A DNA stretch of 64,000 nt from Amoebidium appalachense. Its lineage: Eukaryota; Protista; Ichthyosporea. The stretch covers positions 5,001,264 through 5,065,263 of the forward strand of contig CAVNZM010000006.1 in assembly GCA_963693365.1 (NCBI GenBank), written 5' to 3'. The position numbers were made by a program, and so were the translations under genes. The notes under the pieces were generated by a model. It ran no database searches, was not told the origin of the DNA, and saw only the letters and a program-made list of their open reading frames with translations. Of the stretch, positions 13,918-42,885 are shown in pieces (position 1 is the stretch's first letter; every line of letters begins with the position of its first letter).

Positions 13918-14647
13918 GCCTAAGGGGCGCAGATTCAATGACGTGACGGGGTGTTTGCAAGGCGCTGTGATCTGATTGATTCAGTTGCAACAGCGGATTC
14001 ATGATGTGTCCGGTTATTGACCGCCTACCATCATGCCAAACGAACCAATGAGCTTCCCACATTAAATGTTTTAATTACAGTATGCAGTGACTATCGTGTG
14101 GAAGCAAATTAGGCCGAACCGTTGTTTTCGGATTGAATAAATTAAACCGAAGCAGTCCGTAGACATTTTTGAGTCAGTGAACCTGTTCCAAGTTGAAGAG
14201 AGCAAGACCATCATAAGTATCATCAGTACATTGTTAAGCCAATTGGCCGCACTACAGATTAGGCATGAAAAGATAGTTTTAGGGTGTAAAGCTCCACGTC
14301 GGCTATGCCAGCCTCTTAAAGGGCCAGTGGGCAAGAAAAAAAAAAAGACAAAAAAAAAAAAAAGAGTAACTGCAGGACCCTTAAAGTTCCGATGAAGTTG
14401 CCCTGGTTACTAGGTCGTCAAGTTGTATGTTTTTTTATAATATGTCTACTGTACCCACAGCTAGCTGTGGCGACCACCACATTTGATTTTCAACCACAAT
14501 TCCAAATTAGGACAAAATCATGTACAATTCCAAATTAGGGCAAAATTTTGTACCATCCCGGGAGTCAAATAAAGGCCGCAAGTGGGCCAATTGAACCTTA
14601 AAAGCGCCAGCTAATTTCAACCTGATAGGCTATAGCTACTCAGAAGT

Positions 14648-16699
14648 TCACGACGTAAGAGTCAATCCGTTCAATAAATCCTCGCTCACACCATTTCCGT
14701 CCGAAGACATCAATATTATCGCGGCATCACGCTGACTGAGCTCCGAGTCCTGTGACCCCCTTAAACTAACCGACCCGTTTTCACTGGCACGCCAGCCTAC
14801 GGTGACACTAACCGCAGAAGGAAGCACAGGCTTTAAACTATCGCCTGAACTAGTATCCATTTGTTGAAAGGACCCGAGGATGTACGTACGGTAGGTGCCA
14901 TGGTTCAATGACATACTATTAGGGATGTTTCCCTCCCCTGGGTTGGGCCACGAAAACACACAGTGATTGTTGCGACCTGCGGGATTCGGAGTGTGCACCA
15001 TGGTGTCGAATCCCTGAATCTCCATTCGGGGGGGAATTCCCCCATCGGACTCCAATACCTCCCCTCGTGTGCGGCCCGAATCCATTTGCATCCAATGGCT
15101 CGACGGATGTTGTTGCCCGAGAGATTGGTTCTCGTAGAAATTCACAATGTTCCGCGGCTGCAGGCCAAAATCGCCCATTAGATGGTTTGCGGGATGGGCT
15201 GTGGGTGTCGACGGGTTGCTCTGATAATATCCACCGGGGTGCTGGTGCAGAATTCCATCATGCGCATGCCAAAATGGGGGGTTGTTGGCATTCGACCACA
15301 GGCCCATGGCATTATCACTGATACAGTAGAAAACACGGCCAGTGTCACCGTTAAGGTTATTGGTGCCTAAAACCGAGTCTGCATCTAGAGATGTGCCGAG
15401 GAGGTTGGGTAGACTCGACGGGTGTGTAAGGGACAGCGCATTAGCGGGTAGTAAGTGTTGCATGGAATCACCTCCTGCACCCATCGGCACTGAGTATGGG
15501 TTCAAGCTCCCGGCCGCCCGGCCCGGGACCACTATCAGGGGGCCACCACCGTACCGTGGCAACACCTGGGCCGCCATGCGCGCGTCAAGAGATGACGTGG
15601 ATCGTTTTCGAACGGGACCAACGGAACGATGCGGTGCAGGCGCCAAGTAAACAGTGGGGCCGCTATCAGAGTCGCAGTTTGCCTCATTGCGAAAGCCACA
15701 TGGTTGGAGTTGCGAGGGAACCGAGACGCCATGCGGATCGTCGGGGTGAACATCATCATCAACTGAAACATCATGGAGGGATTGGTATCCAGGAATACTA
15801 TCTCTCCTTACGGCATTCCAAACGGCTTGCCCTTCGTTTCTCAGGGGTACCCATGCCACTGCTGCGTGCGCATCGGTCTTTGGCTGGTTACCGTAACCGT
15901 TGTACATGCCTGGGCCTGAGATTAGGGGTTCCCCCGACGGAGAATGCAGTGGGCTCTGGGGTGCAGACGCCATCACGGCCTGCATCGAGCGGCTCACCAT
16001 TACCGCATTCATGCTGGCTCTCCGGCGCCTAAGCACATAAGGCCTCCGTGCCGGACCCGGTCTTTCCTCAGGTGGCCGCCAGCCGGTAGCGCTATTTTCC
16101 GGCCCCTCATAGCTATAATCCGAGGAGGAGATCGTGACTCCACCATTAGTACTCGTGCTACTACTGTGTGCACTTGATACTCTGTCAACACCAAGATCAT
16201 CTCCTGTCGTAACAAGTCGCACGGCGGGACGTTCAAACCCCTGCCCAACCACTAGTCCCTGAGCCTGGGGCCCGAGTGAGCTACGTTTCTGTCTCACTAG
16301 AGTCGGTTGTCTACCGGCTGCTACGCGCACAAATGCTGGCTGCAGTGGCCCGGGTGGCTGAAGTTCACTTCCTGTACTCGGTGCATGACCCGATTGAAAG
16401 GATGGAATGCTCATGTGGGGCGTAGCATGACCATGCCGTGGTGGTAAACTATGCAGTGGGGCCGCAGACCAACTCGATGAAACGTTGGGCTCTGGGGCGG
16501 GCTGGGAAACTGTTGCAGTCGTTGGGAGAAGAATTTTCTTCTTCTTTTGCAGGGGCCCGATGGTGAACCTCCGGTCGCGGTGATATTTGTTGATATGGCT
16601 CCGGGCTGTTGCGTTGGATGCGAACATAGCAGGACAGTACGAGCACTTCACCTTGGGGGGCTCTTTGCGTTCGCAGTCATGATGATCATGTGACGCCAT
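14648..16699 (-). CDS. Intronless 683-aa protein with one N-terminal C2H2 zinc finger and a long S/P/G-rich, probably disordered body; putative transcription regulator
   Basis: 2-kb uninterrupted, non-repetitive ORF with first ATG at 16699 (MASHDHH...). Motif KCSYCPAMFASNATARSHINKYH fits C-x2-C-x12-H-x4-H, followed by basic KKKK. Confidence 0.8.
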   Translation of the reverse strand: MASHDHHDCERKEPPKVKCSYCPAMFASNATARSHINKYHRDRRFTIGPLQKKKKILLPTTATVSQPAPEPNVSSSWSAAPLHSLPPRHGHATPHMSIPSFQSGHAPSTGSELQPPGPLQPAFVRVAAGRQPTLVRQKRSSLGPQAQGLVVGQGFERPAVRLVTTGDDLGVDRVSSAHSSSTSTNGGVTISSSDYSYEGPENSATGWRPPEERPGPARRPYVLRRRRASMNAVMVSRSMQAVMASAPQSPLHSPSGEPLISGPGMYNGYGNQPKTDAHAAVAWVPLRNEGQAVWNAVRRDSIPGYQSLHDVSVDDDVHPDDPHGVSVPSQLQPCGFRNEANCDSDSGPTVYLAPAPHRSVGPVRKRSTSSLDARMAAQVLPRYGGGPLIVVPGRAAGSLNPYSVPMGAGGDSMQHLLPANALSLTHPSSLPNLLGTSLDADSVLGTNNLNGDTGRVFYCISDNAMGLWSNANNPPFWHAHDGILHQHPGGYYQSNPSTPTAHPANHLMGDFGLQPRNIVNFYENQSLGQQHPSSHWMQMDSGRTRGEVLESDGGIPPRMEIQGFDTMVHTPNPAGRNNHCVFSWPNPGEGNIPNSMSLNHGTYRTYILGSFQQMDTSSGDSLKPVLPSAVSVTVGWRASENGSVSLRGSQDSELSQRDAAIILMSSDGNGVSEDLLNGLTLTS

Positions 16700-17576
16700 G
16701 ATGTAAAAATATGATCCCAGCGGTCCGGCCCGAGAGAAAGGCTTGTGCCCCGCGATGGGCGTGGTGTTAAGATTCAACTCGGCAAATCTTTCGAATAGTC
16801 GGGCGAGGTGTCAACTGCAACTAGTACACCCGGAATGAGGGGGTGGAGTCGCACGGTAAAAACTGTTACAGTATGATATGGGCCGATGTAACAGTTGCCT
16901 TTATGCCTAAACACGATGACTTGTATCATGGATGCGTACGTGCACGTCCGTGACCTGCAAGGCTCAGACAACAAATCGACTGACTTTCAAGGTCACAGTG
17001 GCAAGACTATCTGAGCGTGGCCCACGTGCACTTTGCTAGCTGGAACGTCAACACTGAGTGCTGAGGTGGCACTGCTGCCAGAGCTGAGCGTGGTGATGAT
17101 CGGCGCGGAAGCCTTGGTCTGAAATGAAGCCTGCCAGTGACTCAGTCCGAGTGCGTATATATACGCAATTAAACACATTTAAGTGCTGAGATCCTAAACG
17201 TGAGTGACAACAGAAGTGCAACAATGTGTATAGAAACGACAAATTGTTGAAACTTTGTGTATCATAGCAAAAATAGGCATGCGCAAGGCTCAGTCGTGTT
17301 CAAGCCGTGTTCAAGTCTTGTCAACTGCACATGCAGCTGATCGTTGCAATTATTTTTCTAGAAGCTACTATGGCGTGACTACTACATTATTGTAGTCTAC
17401 ACGTACGCCAAGCTGAGCCGGACCACTACGCAACAGAAGGCTAACACACAAAAATAGAAAACATTTGATAAGTATAACGGTTTTGTGTTTGGTTGTAACA
17501 ACGCAGCAATAACTTGATAGTTACAGACTTACAGTGGGACTGTGAGAGACAGATTAAGCTGTGAGCCAAAATCTCT

Positions 17577-17660
17577 CAGCCAATCAAAAAACCTTATGGA
17601 ATTTGATTGGCTGTGCGCGGCACTGATGTGATTGGCTCAGCTTGTTGTGCCCGATTGGGT
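17577..17660. promoter_or_regulatory. Cluster of four CCAAT boxes about 0.9 kb upstream of the zinc-finger ORF
   Basis: cagccaatca, tgattggctg, tgattggctc and cgattggg lie within 85 bp. A regulatory role is inferred only. Confidence 0.35.
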
Positions 17661-18151
17661 TTGGCAATTAAAGAAATGTACTCTCGTAAACCTCCCAGAG
17701 CAACAGCATACTTGGGCAAAATGTAATACAAAAATTCGAGTGTGACTAAGAGTCACAGAATAAAAGCTAAGCCTTTGCTGCACATAGGGCTATTGTAATC
17801 ACCTTGCAATCAACATCTTCAGAATTTGATGCTAAGGGTTTTCTTGGCAAAGGGGGTCTCGGGAGGGAGTGGAGTCATGCCCGGGCTGCCGTTTCTTGTC
17901 AGTTTTCTTCCTTCTTCTTCGTCTTTAATTTTCAGTTATCAATACAATAAAAAAAATCAATAAAAAAACATTGAATTCTCGACTTCATAATAAGGTGCAT
18001 ATACAATAATCAAAATTAAGTAGGGCGGCAACCTCACGCGTACCGAGTCACATCTGTATGTAAATTGAGTCAGTGCACCGTGCGGGCCCCGGGCCGGGCA
18101 GTGCGGCTTGGCCATGGCCATCTTTTAGCGCTAGTGGCGGTGGCCCACTGC

Positions 18152-18441
18152 CAGGGGCGGGGCGCGGGTCTGTAAAAACGGAAACGGGTCGGACCGAGTC
18201 GGGTCTGACTCCCGGCAGGTCTAAAACGGGTCCACCGGGTCAGGTCTATCTACTATATGCCTCCGCCCAAGTGCCAGCCTCGGCGGCCCGGCCCACCGAC
18301 CTCCCACTCTCTCTACCCCCTCCCCACCACCCCCTCTGGCCGGACCCGGTATACCGGGTCTGGGGAAAGGCCAACAGGTCGGATCAGGTCCAAGGCGCGA
18401 CGGGTCTAAAACCCGGCTCGGGTAGACCCGCCCCAGCCCTG
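18152..18441. mobile_element. Putative hAT-like MITE with CGGGTC/GACCCG subterminal repeats
   Basis: Starts caggggcggggcgcgggtc and ends gacccgccccagccctg. Many cgggtc motifs inside. No exact 8-bp TSD. Confidence 0.5.
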
Positions 18442-18473
18442 CGGGCCACGGGTCACAAGGCCGCAAGTATACC

Positions 18474-19470
<997 letters not shown>

Positions 19471-20162
19471 TGACTTGCAAGGGCCACGGGCCCGCGGCCC
19501 GTCACCACGTTTATGTACTGTACACTCTGCCTCCCACCATATCCCAAAATATAGACCGTGTAAACCCAAACGCGTATACGTAAATTTTTTGGTGCCACCG
19601 CTGCAGGTGAGTGGCACCACCGTCATTTCAGTTTCAAACCGTTCGCTAACTCCCAAATCGTAATGCGGGCCTGGTAAAACTTTGAAGCGACAAAGGTTCC
19701 GGCTGCCGGAGTCGGATTCGGACCCAAAGAAAACCTCCGAGCAAGGATCGATGCTCTTTTCGGGTCTGTAAGATACATTCAGTGACCGAGCAACCGTCGA
19801 CTGGTTGGTTGGCGTTGTCACTGACATACATAAATGTATATAAATGGGCCCCGCGGCCGCCACTCTTGAGTAATACCGCTGAACTTCATGTCATAACGGT
19901 ATTCATGTCATTTGAAAGTGATCAACGGTGTCCCCCCTATGATCACTACTATGATATGATGTAATGATGGAAAACTTTGACCTGGGCTCACGAATGACGA
20001 TCATCCATCGGAGTCAGCTGCTCCGAATCATGGCCATGGAGGCATCTGAGTCATTGAGTCAGGCCTCACGGTGTCACAATGATTACATTCCCAGGCCGGA
20101 AAACATCGACAGAGAGAGAGAGATCTAGAGAGAGCCTCGAGATCAGGCGAGAGATCTAGACT

Positions 20163-20400
<238 letters not shown>

Positions 20401-20577
20401 TCCGAGAGAGAGAACCGTTAGAAGCCCGGGAGAGAGAGGGGGGGGAGAGAGAGACCGAGATTGAGGCTCGGAGACTCTGAGAGAGAGAGAGAGAAAACTT
20501 TAAGGAGAGCCAGCCTCTCTCGACCTCTCTCTCTCTCTCAGAGTCTCTCTTTCTCCCTCTCTCTCTCTCTCTTGCAC

Positions 20578-20655
<78 letters not shown>

Positions 20656-20707
20656 CAGTCAGCGGGGGGGGGGGGGGGGGGAGAGGGGGGGGGGGACAGG
20701 GGGGTTA

Positions 20708-20748
<41 letters not shown>

Positions 20749-20843
20749 CGTGTATGTGTGTGTATGTGTGTGTGTGTACATGTGTGTGTGTGTGCCACGT
20801 GTGTGTGTGCGGGTGTGCCACAACCTGTGTGCTACGTACGGTA

Positions 20844-20875
<32 letters not shown>

Positions 20876-21728
20876 ACAGTGTGGCTGTGCCACGTGTGTG
20901 CCTGTGTGTGTCCGAGTGACTGTGTGTGTGTGTATACGAGGAGGGGAGAGAGGAGGAGATCTAGAGCATAGTAACAGTAGTGTGCTCATTTCTTTAGTAG
21001 ACCAAGCAAGTGCCAGTCCAATTTTAAAATTTCAGATGTGGATGCATGCAAAATATTGGTAATAATAATGTCAGATTTTTTATAGCTGGATGATTCGATA
21101 AGATGATCCGGGCACCACACCGTGTACCAATCACACAAGGAACTTTTGGTACTTCACAGCGAAAGAAGTCTGCAAGCTCGAATGAAAGATAGGCAATACA
21201 TACCAATCCACAATAAGAAAATTTCAACGCGGTTGGATAGTTTGCACCCTTAAAGGCCTATTGGTAACACTAATTCACCCGAGTCGGACGGCGTTCAAAA
21301 TACATACTATCTATCAACACATTTCCTTTTATAATTTTTTGGGGAAAAAAAGATATCCAAAGATTAACCACTACATCCGACATCTGCGTTCAACTTCAAG
21401 TTGCTCCAAATTCCTTTATATAGTAATTTTACTATGCCTAACAGCCGAGGTCACCCCATATAAGGGCAATTCCAACTAGTGTTGCCAACCAATAGTAGTA
21501 ACTTGACGATATATCTTGATTCAATACTGTAACGTAAAAATTAGTGTTGCGAAATGCCCGAAAACAGACCTCAAACCACATCCAAACACTGTTCAAACTT
21601 ACACTTGAAGTTCGTTGACATTTTCCTGCTACAGAAGGTAGCTAACACTACCGAAATACTCTCTTACATACGAGAATAGAATTATGAATATGAATATATA
21701 TTAAATTTTAATTTGCCGAGAAAAAATG

Positions 21729-37082
<15,354 letters not shown>

Positions 37083-37417
37083 CTTGAAAGAGTTATCGAT
37101 CTAGCTGCCAATGCAGTTTCCGTTTTCCACTCGAACAAGAAAGCCCGTGATCTCCTCCTGTGTGCCTAAGAAAAAGAAGTTATGTAGTCACGCGATTCTA
37201 CCTACGTTGTACCTAAGCTGTGTTGTTACATCGTCAAGGGAACAAGAAGTCTGTGTGGATGTAAAACGAATTCGAAGGAACCAGCAAGCAACGGGGAATG
37301 TGCCTGCTTGCGTAAACCGGTGTTGTTCCTTACAGCATTCCAATCGCATAAAACATCATTGGAGTACCGATCAATGTTGACATCAATAAGATTAGGTACA
37401 TGCGATGGAGAAATATC

Positions 37418-37616
37418 CCAGGGGGTTTACGCTGTTTACTCGAGGCAAAAAGAACCAGTCTCAGGTAGGGGGGTGGGGGGTTTGCTCGGAATATCCCCTC
37501 AGCGGTATATCATGATCACGTACATAGATGTCGGGTGGTGACTATATATCAGGGTTTACTTTCTCTACGAGACACCATAAAGACTACAAGGAGAAATCAA
37601 TTAGTTGGGGTTCCCC

Positions 37617-37657
<41 letters not shown>

Positions 37658-37690
37658 GGGGCTCCCCTCGGGACACTCGGTATCAGCTGG

Positions 37691-37739
<49 letters not shown>

Positions 37740-37904
37740 TGTGTGTGTGTGCGCGTGCGCTATAATTTTGTAGTGATGTGTTTCTCAAGCCAATCAATAC
37801 ATCTAATAAACAGGTCGTAGTTACGCGTGTTTAGTATAAAATCAAGGATGTTGTAATTTACAGGTAGGCTATCTTTCTGGGTGTCTGTTGTGAATGTGAC
37901 GTGT
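37418..37904 (-). repeat. R2 dispersed repeat copy in the PCID2/Pin1 divergent intergenic region
   Basis: High-identity inverted copy of 18867-19466 with shorter internal (CA)n and poly(A) tracts. Confidence 0.9.
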
Positions 37905-38071
37905 GTGCGATCGCAAAAGCGCAGCCTCTTAGGTTGACCCATCGTTAAGAAAGAAAAAAGTGAAAACGAAAACTGGAGTGACGCAGCCCTTGAGCCCATG
38001 GCCACTCAAACTCACATCTCCTAATTCCTCCCATCAAGCGGCTGTTGTTAGCACGGAGCCTATTAGCAACC

Positions 38072-39509
38072 ATGTCTGACAGTCTACCTGATGGCTGGGA
38101 GGAGCGCGAGTCCCGCTCACAGGGTCAGTTTCAGTGCCCAACTCCCCCCTTAGACAGTCGCCGCTTGTAGGTTAAACACAGAGACAAGAAGGATCGGGCT
38201 GTGGCTGGCGTGGTGTTTTGCTTCTTTGCAAGTTGAGCAAGGGCTTGTTGTGTGTGCGTTGTGTTTTTGTCCCTGTGCATGATATGTGTGTGGGGAACCA
38301 TACTTTGAATACTGCCTTGCATCGTGCTTGCATTTATAAAGCTCAGATATGTGCTGCTTGGAGACCAGCTGGTCGTGTGATATAGGAAACAGAACAGCAA
38401 GTTTTGAGGGGGCTACAGGAGGAGTAAAGGGGGGTTGGGGGGAAGGGGGGGAGAGGTGGGGGGGGAGTAAAGGGCTCCGGGAAGAGGTCTTGCAGCTGAC
38501 CATCCTAGCACTACCCATTTCAACAGCATGCTCAACGTTTCTTATGGACATTCTGCTTGACCTTTGTCTTCTTGACATTCCGCTGGTTTTTTTTTTTTTT
38601 TGAAATTCTGCCTGATATATGAAAGCTCGTCATCAGGCTTGTCTTTTATCTCCTTGACATTTTTTTTGGCATCCTGCCGTCTTGAACCGCAGGGAGGAAA
38701 TACTTCTTCAACAAGCTGACTAAGGAGTCCCAGTGGGAGAGGCCGACAGAGCCTGCCCAGGCAAGGGCAACTGGTATGTGTCCGTTTTGCTTATCGGTGC
38801 TGTTTTTAGCCATGGAGGGGGAGGAATGTGGGAGTACCAGAATTCAGGGCAGGTGTGTGTGTGTGTGTGTCTGGGTGGGTGGGTGGGTGGGATGGTGTGT
38901 ATGAATACCCCCCCCCCCCCCCCCACCCCCACCCCCCCGTGCACTCCCCCCTACACACACACACAAACACACACACGTTTCTGGACCCTTCTTCTTCGAC
39001 AAAGCTGGGATTTGAAGGAAATGTGCCTCCCAACACCTTTTCCATTGTAGAGGACTACAAAGATAAAAGTGAATGGGAGAACTGAGGATACCTTTGAATG
39101 GTGAAGGTATCCTCAGTTTTCCCATTCACTTTTATCTTAATTAAGGGACCGCTTCCTCAAGGCTTTTAGGAGATCTGCCTTTTCCTATATCATCCTTTCT
39201 AATACTCGCATGATGATCTTGCACATATCATCTCTGAAGCCTACTTCTCCTGTCGTTTGCGCAGAAATGATCCGGGCATCCCACCTGCTTGTCAAGCACA
39301 GGGATTCCAGAAACCCCCGGAGCTGGAGAGAGGTGGGTGTATGCTTGCGCTTGTTGCATGTTGCGTGGGAGAGGGGTGGGGAGAGGGGGAGGGGGGGGGG
39401 GGATCGGTGTGTGTGTGTGTGGGAGGGGAGGGGCTAGGGGGGGGGGGGGAGGAGGGGGAGGGCTACGGTCCATTCAACTACATAACTCAATGTTAGGTCC
39501 GTTCCCCCG

Positions 39510-39540
<31 letters not shown>

Positions 39541-40016
39541 CTCCCCCCTCCCCCCCCCCCCCCCCCTCCCCCCTTTCCCAGACTCACGGGGTAGGTTTCT
39601 GGAGGCTTGTTTCTAGGGAAGGAGGGGGGTTGGGGGGTTGGTAACAATAATGTATGTAGGTGGAATGTGTCCGTGACCCTGCCCCTCCCCCCTCTGCCCC
39701 TCTCTCCCCAATTCCCATATCCCTGGGGCAGGCTTTTCGAGTTTTGGGGGGGGGGGGGGTTGAAGATCAGTGGTTGGGGGTGGGTATGTTGTGTGAGGTT
39801 TAGGGCCTCCCGGGGGCATGGGGGGGGGGGGGGGGGGGGGGGGGGGGGAGGGGGGGGAGGGGGAGTATGGGACCCGATTCAGGAACCTATCATCAATGTT
39901 ATATGTTAATCTCACATAATTTTGTTTTGCAGGACCCCATTACCAGGACGAAAGAGGAGTCGCTGGAGATTCTTAAAGGTGGGTGGATATATCCCGATTA
40001 CCACATCGTTTTTTTT

Positions 40017-40048
<32 letters not shown>

Positions 40049-40550
40049 CTGACCCGTTTGAGCTGATAGTTCTAGTGATGTAGATGGAGAGATCCCGATG
40101 TATGTGTTTTTTTGGTTTTTTTGGTTGGTTGGGGCGGTGTTGGCTGTTAGTTACAGCAACGAAGATGAAAGAGTCAGGGAGATTCTTAAAAGTGGCTGGA
40201 AATTCCGATTATCCTCAGGTCTCTTGGCGTTTCTGTTTTTTTTTTTTTGCTTTTGGGGGCCTTGTGTGGGGTAATATTTCAGTGATGTAGATATTTCCGA
40301 AGAAGGATCGAGTTCTTTATGTAGCACCTAGGTATGTGCTGACTTGTGGAGGTATGGGTGGATATCTTGTGTTGTATATTCTCGGGATATTCTCGGGTGG
40401 ATGGTTCTGGCAAACTGAATAGGTGGGCAAATTCTTGGGCAGCAATAGGCAGTCGGTCAGATATGTTTGGACAAAAAGGGTTGGGTCACATGGTGCTAGT
40501 TTCTTTACTTGTTCTTTTAGTCCTGTCTTTGCTTTTGTTGTTCGTCTTTT

Positions 40551-40627
<77 letters not shown>

Positions 40628-42854
40628 CGCGCACGTTTGGGGGGGAGGGGGTAGGGGGTAGGCGCCATCCACGAGCTACGCCTCGGTGGACGGTTATGCT
40701 TTTGATACTTGTGTCGATGTGTGCACGTCTGTGTTGAGGTTTTTCCACATTCCCGTACTCTCACATGCTTGTGATGAGTCGGCCGGTGATCCGAGCCACT
40801 TTTGTGGCCCGAATGACCTGGTTGCGCGCGATCCTTATAAGTGGTAGTAAAAATACAAAACCCACAAAACAAACTACACAACGCCGTTGTTGATATCCTG
40901 ACGGTCACGTAGACACCAAGAAAACGAAGTTTTGTCTCTGATGACTGCTTCATACTGCGCTGCAAACTTGAGGCTTCAAGCGAAAAACTCGATTTTCTGG
41001 ACAAATTTTGGGCTATGTGCCAAATATCGTCTCCTCACGATGTGCTACACCACATATTAATTAGTAGCAAGCAAAGAAGTTAATCTGGGCATGCTAGTGA
41101 CAAAATTTTAAGGATTGTTTTTGTGTTTTCATCGAGTTCACTATTGGCGTTTTCAAGGTCTTCATCCTCTTCCGGCGGAACCCGGATCGAATTCGATCTG
41201 CAAAACGGCCGGTCGCGAAGAATGCGAAAAAACCACGATGCCTCTTGTTGGTTGGCAAGCGCTAGCACCCTCTTTTAGTATACCAATCACCTTGGTCCAG
41301 AGACAAAAAAGGCAGGAAACTTCAGCAGCTAATTGGGCATACCAAGAAAGCGCGCTGCTCTCGACCACTAAATTGTAGGGGTGGTCGTCCGAAACTAGCC
41401 ACTTTTGTGGCTATTTCGACAGAAATGACCCACTTATGTGGCTCGCGGTCGACTTATCACTTGGTGTTCCCGGATTCGTGTATTCCCATATTCCCGCTAG
41501 GAAAGACACAGAAACCCTACTAATCCCACAATCCAACAGTGGTGTATTGACATGTTCTCACACTCCAAGCATGTATCTGCCTATTTCCCCTATGTAATGG
41601 CCTTTCCACATATTCATAATATTGGCATGTGTTGTCTTTGCGTATTCTCATATGCCGCCATGTATTTTCGTATTTGGATAATCTCACACTCTCAGCATGT
41701 ATTGTCGTATTCGCATTTTCTCATTTTCCCCGCATGTATTGGCCTGACCCCACATTCCTATATTCCCTGCATGCACAATCCCTTTGTGTATTCAGGCTAC
41801 GAGCACATACAGTCGTACTCACATATTCGCACCTTGCCACTTTGTATTCAGGCTACGAGCACGTATAGTCGTATTCACATATTTACATCTTGCCATTTTG
41901 TATTCAGGCCACTACACATATAGTCGTATTCGCATATTCACACTTTGCCATTTTGTATTCAGGCTACGAGCACATATATATTCAGGCTACGACACATATA
42001 GTCGTATTCGCATATTCATACCTTGCCATTTTGTATCCAGGCTACGAGCACATATAGTCGTATTTGCATGTTCACACCTTGCCATTTTGTATTCAGGCTA
42101 CGAGCACATATAGTCGTATTCACACATTCACACCTTGACTTTTTGTATTCAGGCTACGAGCACATATAGTCGTATTCATATATTCACACCTTGACTTTTT
42201 GTATTCAGGCTACGAGCAGCGCATCAAGGCTGGGGAGGATTTTGCCGAGCTAGCCTCCCAGTTCAGTGACTGCGGCAGTGCCAAGCGGGGGGGTGACCTG
42301 GGCCCATTCACCCGTGGCCAGATGCAAAGTATGATCCTATCCCCCCCCCCCCCCCCCCCCCCAGACGCAATTGATGACTTGGGCCCTCCCTGAGGATGGG
42401 CTCTGCTTATGACGCATACTGTGCGCATGGCTGATGCTGCATACTTGAATGTTTGCCTTTGCATGTGTCCTGCATCATGCTTCTCATCGTCTATGCGTAC
42501 TTCGTACTGTGTTCCGCATTCAAACCCCCCCCCCCCCCCCCAAAAAAAAAAAAAAAAAAAAAAAAAGAACACACACAAACACACACAAACACACACACAC
42601 AAACACAAACACACACACACATACAAACACATCACTGCTGACAAAACGCACACCCACAGTTTCTCTTGCAGGTTCCCCCCCCCCCCCCCCCCCAAAAAAA
42701 AAAAAAAAAAAAAAAAAACCCCCCGATCTCGTTTGCACATCCCCCTTTCTCACAACACCACTTATGCATGCCTCTATCTTCGCACCCCCCTCTTTCTCTC
42801 TTGTCCCCGAATTCATGTTGCCATTATGCACAATTCCCTTCTTGTATTACATAG

Positions 42855-42885
<31 letters not shown>

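Noticed and set aside
14316-14384. Tiny TTAA-bounded element (ttaaagggcc...gacccttaa)
   Set aside because: The inverted match is too short and the interior is mostly poly(A), so it is compatible with chance.
14963-16177. Plus-strand ORFs overlapping the zinc-finger gene
   Set aside because: They are antisense shadows of a long GC-balanced CDS with no recognisable motifs.
41783-42218. CRISPR-like appearance of the regular repeats, also at 50431-50970
   Set aside because: The inter-core sequences are homologous to each other rather than unique spacers, there are no cas genes, and the context is eukaryotic.
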